From: Tubiluchus corallicola
Lineage: Eukaryota > Animalia > Priapulida
DNA: 64,000 nt
Assembly (NCBI GenBank): GCA_030141605.1
Contig: JAQGDQ010000231.1
Location: forward strand, 124,001 to 188,000
Direction of reading: 5' to 3'
Shown: piece by piece, positions 54,648 to 64,000 of the stretch
Numbering within the stretch: position 1 is the first letter of the stretch
How the letters are laid out: each line of letters opens with the position of its first letter
The notes under the pieces: model-generated
The model's database searches: none
The model's input: the letters and a program-made list of their open reading frames with translations, nothing else
Told to the model about the DNA's origin: nothing
Translations under genes and position numbers: made by a program

Positions 54648-54960
54648 TGTTAAGTAATGCACAGTCAGTGCCAGGTAATCAGAGTCTTAATTATCCGGAA
54701 CATGTAACTTAGGTGAAACAACCAGGTTTCAGGTTTCCCGCCAAAAGTCTAAATTCACCACTGTATCTGACAAAAACGAAAAACGTTTTATCACAAAAAC
54801 TCAGAACTGCAGCTTGTCACTATCACCTTTCTTGAGTTTTCACAATCCTGTTAATATAACTTGGTATAAACTTTGCGCACAAAAAATCGCCAAAACGTGG
54901 GAGACCCAAAACCTACGTGTGTACTCACTCATGTCACTTTCTGACGAAAAAAAAGTTTAT

Positions 54961-55400
54961 GATTAAATTTCTCTGTACAGTGTTCTTTCAAGGCTGAATG
55001 TATTTTTCCATCCGCAGTTATAGCGGGACCTAAATAGAATGTAATGGTCACAATAACTTATGGACATGTCACGACGATGAAGCGATTCTCTATGAAGAAC
55101 AGCGTCATTAATGACCGAGAACTGGGTCTTAATGTTAGTGATTATCATGCCATAGGCACGGCAGAATTGATTCAAGACTCTAGTTTTCCTGAGCACCTGT
55201 CACGTGAGGTAGCAAACAAGACTGAGTCGTACATCCTGGAGAGTTTTTGTAATGCTCCCAAAAACGAGTCCTTGGCTAATTGTTTTAAACAGCGAAAAAG
55301 TGGATTTATGAACAGCACAAACAAGAGAGATGAAGACGAAGTACTTGGCTTTACTACTACAGTGACATTGATAGCCATGCTCCTCAAGTAAGCTTGGGAG
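54961..55400 (-). mobile_element. Older CR1/L2-group LINE, RT part (5' half of the host element)
   Basis: SSSLLFVLFINPL..LGAL..MYDSVLFATSR..LNQFCRAYGMI..KTQF: RT core motifs with a degenerate DD box. Confidence 0.75.
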
Positions 55401-58379
55401 TGATATACATAGGAAATACCTTAAATATCGTGAAAGACAATGTCATTAAATTTTGGCAGTAACCGTTTTCAGGTTTTACTCTGACTTAGAAATCTTGAAA
55501 ATCTGTTATAAAAAAAATCAATTGTTTGTCAGTTATTTGCTATAATATACATGATCAATTCTCTACTAAAATGTCTGAAGCATCTGAAGAACTGGCAATT
55601 CGATCGCTAAACTCTTTAACGGATTTTTCAGATCAACTAGGGGCTTAAACAATCAAGTCTCATTAAATAAAATTCAGTAACAGCGTTCTTTCAGTTTGAA
55701 TGAATCATATAGTATTATTAAAGGTGTGAATGAAACTTAAATGACCATTTAAAAACCAGATCCTGTTTTAATAAAATTTTTGAATGTTCATATTAAAAAA
55801 CAATATTTTCTGAACATCCTTGGTACTTAGATATGTCCCGGCTCCATCGGGACTATTTACTTTACATAGGTTCTGTCTTCAAGCTGGGATTAACAAGGTC
55901 CCCTTCATAACTACCATGCAGCAAACTTCATTAGCAGAGTATGTTTAGCGTGTCACAGTTGTATACTTGTTAAATTTGCTTTAGTCTCGTTCTTTTTTCA
56001 ATTGCACAGTAATAATTTGGACAAGTTTTTGTAATCGTAAGTTTGTTGGTGAAATAAACTGAATTTGAATTTGAAATGTCAATTTGGATCCCAATTTCTG
56101 TTTAAAAGATTCCTGTCAAATGTGCTTCTTTTTTCTTAGCCAGTAAGGATCATTCTCATCACCTTAATAATCATCATCTTCGTTATTATTATAGTTATTG
56201 TCATAACCATCTCCAACACCGTCATCACCATTGCCATCATATTGTCATCATGATTGTCTACTTTGATACTCCGACGGGGGTGAATTAAGTTAAATAAATA
56301 AATTCTTAAAAAATTCTTATCATCTGAAGCGAGAACAGAGAGGGTCGCCGTTAGTGTGTGTATGATTTACGACCAAAGTTAAGCAACACTAAGGTTAGTC
56401 ATGTATAATGTGCGACCATCTCCGTTTAACATTCCCTAGGAAGTTTCATTCGGCACATCAATTCTACTCGTTTACTTCGTTGGGGGAAAACGTGGCCTAG
56501 CCACCTTTACCGGTTCAGTGCCTCATATTAAAAGGTTATCATTGATAGTGATTGTAGAGGTCGTATATACAGTACGTAACGCATATCGTTTGCTGTAAAA
56601 GATTGGATTTATTGATAGAGTTCTTTACAATATAATATGTCCCAATATAATAAACATGTTGCCTTTCCATCTAATCTAATCTTTGTTAGTCTCTATCGTC
56701 TGTTCATTCTTGTTTAAATTCATCGACATAACACGATAATGAGCAACGTTCCTTTCTTGCCACGTGGCCATAACTCAGATTTTGGTTTTCACTATACGAG
56801 AGTTTACCGAAATCATCCTCGTCATCGTCGTCATAGTATTCCTTCTCCTCGTCGTCATCGTTGTCGTCGTCGTCATAATCGTCGCAGTGTCGTCATTAGT
56901 CATCGTTATTTATCGATAAGTAATCGTTATTATTATGACCTAGAGATTTGCGAGGAGCAAGAAATAGTATTTCATTTTCTAGGCTGAATATACCTACTAA
57001 TGAGGTGTTACTCATGTACAAACAGTGATTTATTTCTGTGCTTATGATATAATTTTTAACAGCTTTTTCCTCCAAAATAGAAATCATAAACAGAGTGTCG
57101 AAAAACTCTAAAACCGCGCATTTCTAAAGAACTTACCTTACATTCAACTGGACTGTTCTTGATTACGACACACACTAACACTTGGTCTCGGAGTAATGTC
57201 TTATGCTATCAACTACAAGAAGCTACAAGAAATAATTAGAGCAGTAGTGTGTTTATTTTTCATAAAATTTCTTATGAATGTCTTTAAAAGAGCAGGTCAC
57301 TTCTCAGAGCAGAACGACTATGTCCAAGGGGCAGTACAGGTCCTCAATAAAATAATGTCAGGCCCTCATTGTTTTATGCAGCACGTATTTGCTACACGCT
57401 GAACATTATAAATTTTGTAGTATAACGTTGTGAAATACCGTTAGCAGATCTAGTATCTTACCAGTTACTTGGCTATAAAGTTGTAGTCATTTAGGAACAA
57501 CTCCAGTTTGGCAAGTCGTAATGAAGTCTGCTCTTATTACAAAGCCAGACATAAACAACTCCTGATCGAACACTAGAAGATGCCCAAGCTTAACTAACCA
57601 ACTTCCCAAAGTTTTTGAGTGATAACGCCGTCTTCAAAATTGTGGGATTACAGAAAGGTGCAATTTGAAACAGTCAGCAATAGTAATTGATTTATATATT
57701 GCTAGATGAGATCAGCTTTACTATTGGTGATACAAGCAAGATAAAATTAAGACAAGAACAACCACCATTTTTTGAAAACCTAATCAATTTCGGAGTGTTT
57801 ATTTATTTAAACTCCAATATCAGTGGCGTGACATTTTTTCTGCTTTATATTTCATTAGTAAAATAGCTGGAAATGGTGAATATTTGAGACAATCGAGAAA
57901 CCTTGAATCTCTTCGGGGAAGACGAAATTATCTAAGAAAGCTCATCAAAAGACTAGTTCATTTCCCGTGCTCATTTAGCAGATATCATTAGCATGAGAAG
58001 GTGTTGCGATTTACACTTACAATAACCAGTGATGGATTAAGGCTCTGCTGCTGACCTACGGCATATTTTTGTAAGTGGACTGGAAACACAGACATTTTAG
58101 TTCGTCGACAAAAGGAAAAAAGTTAAACTTAGCAAAAGAAAATTCATTACGCAAAAGTTTAGAACAACCAATGTTTTTTGACAGCATTATTATTGGTACA
58201 TGTGCCATGCCTAGCTCGCCCTTGGATTTCTTGGGCTTTTCGATGGACAATATTTTGCGATATGCCCCATCTCCTGGTAGGACCAGAACTTGAATTTCTT
58301 AAGTTTATTGCTAGACTTAGAAAATTCCATATCCAACAAAAAAGAGGTTTTCTGAGTGTTGCCTAGAGTCACTCATTTC

Positions 58380-58978
58380 AGTAACCTTAACAGAAGAAGA
58401 CTCACTGGCTCGGGTGATATCGGTGGTATTGGACAAAGTGAGTTTCTTTTCAGTCAGTAATTTTCTCCTGATGCGATTGAACTTAAACCCTATTATGATT
58501 TAGTCACGCACCATTTAGTTCTCATTGGTTTCAATGGAGGTGTCAGTAAAATTACAATTTTTAACAAAGATTCGGCCACAAAGTTGTCAATGCTTTCATT
58601 AGGACCCTGTTCTCTAGATCGAAAGACATAACGTTCATACACTGAGTTAGCAGTGGGAGCAAAATACTGTTGCAAAATGGCTTTCACAGATTTATAGTTG
58701 TCAAGCTGGTTTGTGTAAAAATCTTGAGTAACATATTCTAAACCTCAAAGAATCCTTTTAACCTCCAACCCCATCCTATTCAGAAACTAGGATTTTTTGA
58801 GATCTGCAGTCAGTGGAATACTTTGAAAGCTCAACCAATCTTCAAAATCATCCACATACAGCTCATACTCCTCCCTCAAATCTTTTGCAACAAGATTAAA
58901 AGGACCAGGTGCAGAGAAAATGTCTTGGACAATTACAGTTGACCCACTATCATCATGAGATGTACTAGGAACAGACAT
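58380..58978 (-). mobile_element. Degraded Ty3/Gypsy gag fragment
   Basis: APGPFNL..EEYELYVDDFEDWL, LQQYFAPTANSVYERYVFRSREQGPNESIDNFVA and IRRKLL.E..LTL motifs; no paired LTRs found. Confidence 0.75.
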
Positions 58979-60034
58979 GCTTTACGCAAGAAGTAGCAGG
59001 TACTCGTCTAAAAGAAACCAATGATAGATAAGGGCCTTTTAAGCAAAAACAGAATAGTAGAGCTTTTAGCTCAAAAATAACAAATAAAATATCACGTGGT
59101 TAACAACAAAAAATATTCCTGCCTGAATAGCGCCCTATTCATTCGTCATCACATAGGTCACAATAAAAAATACAAAACATTTATTTACATAAAAATAAAG
59201 GAAAACATTTTTGTCATCACCTGAGAATTTATTAAAAAATTTTACTTTATTTTTTTGGGGCCTGGATTTTTGGCTCTAAAGCATGTGCCTTGTTCGCCTA
59301 ATGGTTAATCCGGCACTGACAATAACGCAAGCAAAGTCGTAGTGGGCAAACACGAATAACATAGAGGGCATTCGTGTCCTAGTAATGGTTGCTACCAAAG
59401 AGAAAAGAGTCTGCAACCAAAGACTGCAACCACTAAGAGTGTCTGGAGTGTACAATATAGACATCGAATTCGCGACTAATAAACCATTTCAATAAATCAA
59501 ACATTACTGAGTCAACAAAAAGCTAATTTTTAAGTGGTTTTATGGTTACCCGAAAAAACGAATTTAATGTTAAAAAAAGCACACGTAACAAAAGCGTTAT
59601 GCAAAAAAGTTTGTCAGTTTTTAAAACGCGTTTGTCTATTTTATTTATTTTTATTTTATAATAGTCCATACAAATTCCTGTTCACTACATACTATAACCA
59701 ATTACACTAAGAAAACATGTTTATTAAAATCGTGTTAAATCTTATAATAATGTAGCTAATACAGAACAAAAGAGCATTCAACGAATATCTTAGAATCCTG
59801 GAGGTGATCCGTCTTCAAGTGTTTTAATCCGTTTATGCTGTTTATTGAGTGAAAATTATTTGCAAGTTAATGCTCCGTTACATTGCTGATGACATTTGTC
59901 TAAATTCGATTCATGGAAGCAAACTCTTGAAATCCGTCTGAAAAAGAAACGATGGGTCTAAAGTCAAAATCAGAAAAGTGCCGATCGTTGAGTTTTACAA
60001 GAGGATGACTATTTATTTCTAGAAATTTAGCGAT

Positions 60035-60137
60035 GTAAGTAAGTGAGTGAGTGAGTGAGTAAGTAAGTGAGTGAGTGAGTAAGTGAGTAACTGAGTAAGT
60101 GAGTAAGTGAGTAAGTGAGTAAGTGAGTAAGTGAGTG

Positions 60138-60199
<62 letters not shown>

Positions 60200-60219
60200 T
60201 AAGTAAGTAAGCAAGTAAG
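60035..60219. repeat. (TAAG)n/(TGAG)n tetranucleotide microsatellite
   Basis: Directly visible; source of the LTYL pseudo-ORFs. Confidence 0.95.
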
Positions 60220-61911
60220 TAGTTTATTTATCGCATGTAACATGTAATATTTCAGTCAAGCTGTTGAACCACCTCCAAAACCCAATCTACCTCTCTCAAT
60301 TTATGTTAAGGCGTATCGTCGATACTACTTATTGGTTATTTTGTATACAACTTTCTCAGCCTTTTTCGATTCATTTCAAATTAATTTAATAACACCGTTT
60401 ACACATTTTTATTACAATAGGCAGGCATTATTAATGTAGTTGAATTAATTTTTGCGAGGTACTGTCAGGTACATGTACTCGTTTATGTACCTGAAATGTC
60501 CACTGACCTTGTGTCTAATAAATCCTACTAAATGATCTTTTCAAAAAAGCAATTTCATTAGTTATTTTAGATCAATGTCGTCTACCAAACTATATATTAT
60601 TTCGATCTGCGTGTATTGATCGTCGCTTCATAAATTGCTCGAGAGTTTGTCAGTGTGATCTGCCGATTTATCAATAATTGAGAATTTTTGATCAACACGA
60701 CAATTAGATAGACTAACTGACATATAAACAGAGGTAGATTTAGTTGATGATTAGATGGTTAATTTGCATTTTATTTATGAGGCAGTTGTATGTGTTCCAC
60801 AACTGCGTCATACATCTTACAAACTTTTTATTTATTTATCTATTTATACCAATTATTCGTACGCCTGAAGTAGAGTGAATATAAAAAATAGCAAGAAATG
60901 ATAAGAAAATGTAAAAATATAGGTCAAATTACAATGTTAGTTAGCTCTGGCAGTACGTAGTAAAAACAATTTGTTAAAGAAAAGAAAAAAACATGCAACC
61001 ATTAACCGCATAATCATGCTCTCAACAAATGACATTTGATGTCATTAACAAACTAGCAAATCACAGCAGGTGAGTGACTGAATGCCAAGAAGTAGGAGGT
61101 CACTGTCCCCATTAGCACCTGGGGTCGTTGACATTATTATGTACAGCACCGAATCTGAATTTAATTGCACTACTGGTTTTTGTTCCTAAACAGTTCCATT
61201 TTTCTCACAGCACAATAGCTAAAATTAGTTCAGTTTGAAATGAACTTACTTTCAGCTATCAGACAGGAGTAGCCACAAAGTAGTAAGTTCTATGATAACT
61301 TTATTATTATTTTGAAACAGTTTTTGCGCGAGCTTTAGTGTAAATTATACGATTACAATGAAAGTAAATTCGTACTTCTAAGTATTTTAAAATCATTACT
61401 TAGATTTTTACTTAATTACTTAAAATTTTAATGCTAAAATCACTGGCAACGGGTGAATTGTGGGCATTTTAAACAACATTTAGCACTTTTCGATAACAAT
61501 TTCTGCATTTCTTATTCAACGGAAGCCATTTTAAAAACTCGCAGCTTTAGAGCACTCTAATTTCCAAGGACAGACATTCTCTTATTGTCGATGTCCCATT
61601 AAATAAACTTTGTAATTTAATATAATTTAATTTTCTTACAAGCTTCAGCAAATGATCTGGCATTTATCAAAAACCTAACCATAGAAGGATAGTAAAACTG
61701 AAACTAACTATCTTATATGCCGAGGTTGATTTTAAGATTGCACGCGGAGGAATTTAGGACTTCTTTTTGGCTTCTTTGTAGTGAAAATACAGTGAACGAC
61801 AGGTTGATTTCGTATAAGCTGCTATTTACCGCAGTGTGTTAAGGTAACTTAAAAGTTGGCTTACTATGAGATTTTGAATACGAAGATTATTTAATTTTGC
61901 ACAGACACAAA

Positions 61912-62062
61912 ATGCAAAACGGATCAGTGAAAAAAAGGGAAGATCAAAAATGCGTTTTAGTAACAGGAGGCGCAGGATTCATTGGAAGTCATACCGTGGT
62001 GGAGCTTGTCAACTCGGGTTACACGCCCATCATCGTCGACAATTTTGACAACTCTTTTCCAG
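61912..62062 (+). CDS. GALE: UDP-glucose 4-epimerase, first coding exon (gene continues beyond the window)
   Basis: [50 protein letters not shown]: Rossmann [11 protein letters not shown] plus the VDNF.NS signature; donor CAG|GTTTGT; probable 61-nt 5' UTR intron 61844-61904. Confidence 0.9.
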
Positions 62063-62484
62063 GTTTGTGCAGTAATATAATTTCATTTTCAACAAATGAG
62101 CTAGCAGTAATCACAAAGTTAACTGTAGAAGTTTTCTTACAATGCGTATGGGGTCGGAAGTCAAGAAACGGTAGAGAGAGGCGCGTCACACACGATTCAG
62201 TGATGAATTCGCACGCGCTCAGAGAAAATTTAAATACATACTTACACCTTTAATTTGAGTTAAAAAAAAGTTGATATAAAATTGGGTCGTGCACTTTTAT
62301 TGTATTTCATCAATACTTTTAAACTAACATTTTTATTGATTTATAGCTGACTTATAATTATTATAAATGTCTTTGAATTTTTGTGAACACGTTTATAAAA
62401 TTTAATTGGTTTTTGTTCACCGAACAAATAAAACAAAAATACAGCTCAAGTGATATAGCGAGTGATAAAGCTTGAAAATTTAAA

Positions 62485-62830
62485 CTCCCGCGATTACCAT
62501 TACGCAGCCATTTGAATGGTAGGTCGTTTGATACAAGTTTAGATAACATTACGTGAAGTTTGAAAAAATAATCAGAGCATTCGTAGCACTAAGTAAAATT
62601 TTAAATTACTATATCTTGTCAATAAAATTAAAAATACGTTTTTGGTTAGTGCTTGACACACGCTGGAGGGTGAGCCAGCGATATTTTACCAATTGACACG
62701 AACATTTTAAATTATTATTTCTAGTTACATACGTTTTTCCGACAGGTAAGCGAAATGCTAACTAATATAGATTTGCATGGAAAAATGTTCTTGTGACATA
62801 ATTTAACATTGCCTTTCCTTCCCTGATTTA
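62485..62830 (+). repeat. Interspersed repeat, copy 2 (homologous to 39695-40027), in the GALE intron
   Basis: Same ordered sequence blocks as copy 1. Confidence 0.75.
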
Positions 62831-63692
62831 CGTTTGCGTCGGTGACGTCATGTAATGGCGCCGTCGGAACTGTATTGCGAGAGATTTAAAGTGAAAACAA
62901 GACAAAAATTGCTTTTAACGCGAGTACGATATATGCATGAAATTGCTGTAAAGTAATATAATTTTTCAAGGCGATTTTTCTGAAACTTACTTCAGGTACC
63001 CCTTTTCTTGTCCTTTAAAAACTGCGAAGCGAAGGATGAACTGACGGCCATTTGTTAACTGTGGGCACCGTACTGTTCATACAGCCAATGTTTTCTCCTC
63101 CTCCTTGTTCAAGTGATAGAGATTCCGATTTGTTCACTGCGCATGCCCGAAACCAACGACGTATCCACTACACTAAAGAACAAAAAGCACTAAGACAGAG
63201 TTATGCTTCGTTCAGCGTGAACCACTGCCGCTCACACGAAATGGGGCGCCCCCAAGCTTAAAAGAATGATGAATATGGAAACGATGCTCACTTTCCGTTA
63301 TAGGGGGAATCATTCCGCCTGCCTGGCTTCCTACTGTAGCTCGATTTGTTTTTCGCTGCAGTATCGCAGCAAACAAGTAAGCAATAAAACTTTCAAAAGG
63401 ATGGTACAGAACAGTAATAAAGAACTGAAAGTAGCAAAATTTTTATATTTTATGCATGATAGTGATGTTGGTGCAGAAAATAATGTATGGTTGTACGGTA
63501 AGTTTTAATTTGAATGTGAAGCAGCACATCTACTTGCAGGCCTGTCATTATTTTGCCTCTCCTCTTATATTCTATTTTGTTGTTTTGTGCGATTCGTTTT
63601 ATTGTGTACTCTGCATAATGAGCTGCATTATTTTTTGCGAAATAAATAAAATAAAAAACTATAATGTTAGTTGACCAATTAATACAGTTAGT

Positions 63693-63828
63693 TAACAACT
63701 GCAAGCTTCACTTTTGAACTGCGGGCCTACGATTTCCCATATGTCACAGTGAAACGATAAATTTCCTTGTAAATCACACTGCCATGGGTCACTAGCCCGT
63801 AGTTCAAAAGGGAGGCTTGTACTTGTTA
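63693..63828. mobile_element. Short palindromic MITE-like hairpin
   Basis: Arms TAACAACTGCAAGCTTCACTTTTGAACTGCGGGC and GCCCGTAGTTCAAAAGGGAGGCTTGTACTTGTTA are inverted matches with 5 mismatches in 34 nt. Confidence 0.65.
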
Positions 63829-64000
63829 TTTCTTACCTTCACTTAATTTCTCTTTCGAAAGCAAGTCTTACAGTTATCATGATTGCGCGATAATGAGACG
63901 TAACCGGTCCTGAGAAACTGGCCATTTTCAGTACAAAGGAGACACTCCTTTCAATTGTTGCCCACTTAATGCAAAAGAAAAGAACTACTAAACGCTACAG

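Larger units (their letters stand above)
49876..54951 (-). mobile_element. Full-length but decayed I-group-like non-LTR retrotransposon (about 5.1 kb)
   Basis: ORF1 with three CCHC knuckles; ORF2 with AP endonuclease, RT and C-terminal CCHC; (TAA)n tail; TSD AAAGTTTAT at 49867-49875 and 54952-54960; many stops and frameshifts. Confidence 0.92.

Noticed and set aside
57900-59500. Intact LTR retrotransposon or domesticated gag gene
   Set aside because: Gag is frameshifted; no pol, paired LTRs or clear primer-binding site seen.
59900-60243. LTYL/LTHS repeat ORFs
   Set aside because: Translations of a tetranucleotide microsatellite.

Overview
AT-rich, intron-containing animal (invertebrate-type) genomic DNA; no prokaryotic features and no CRISPR array. 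Host genes: (1) a complete 10-exon type II phosphatidylinositol 4-kinase on + (2584-15060, 438 aa, one GC-AG intron); (2) a minus-strand short-chain collagen locus in which a two-exon module, made of a ~1.6 kb phase-1/phase-1 exon carrying the whole triple helix plus a 71-nt terminal exon with a basic KRRRNR tail, occurs twice in tandem (module A 16917-24015, module B 31636-35038), while only one compatible upstream exon (45730-46035) is visible; (3) the first coding exon of UDP-glucose 4-epimerase (GALE) on + at 61912. The rest is mostly transposon-derived: a pogo-type mini-element, several hAT-type MITEs (one 2.3 kb copy with a perfect 8-bp TSD carrying a telomere-like (TTAGGG)n array), a 5S-rRNA-headed SINE with a 13-bp TSD, a full-length but decayed I-group-like LINE nested in an older CR1/L2-group LINE, L2, Rex1 and Gypsy fragments, tandem duplications and microsatellites. 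The best candidate for an undescribed system is the collagen locus, which may switch whole triple-helical domains by alternative 3' module choice. All exon models and family assignments come from manual reading, without transcript data or database searches.
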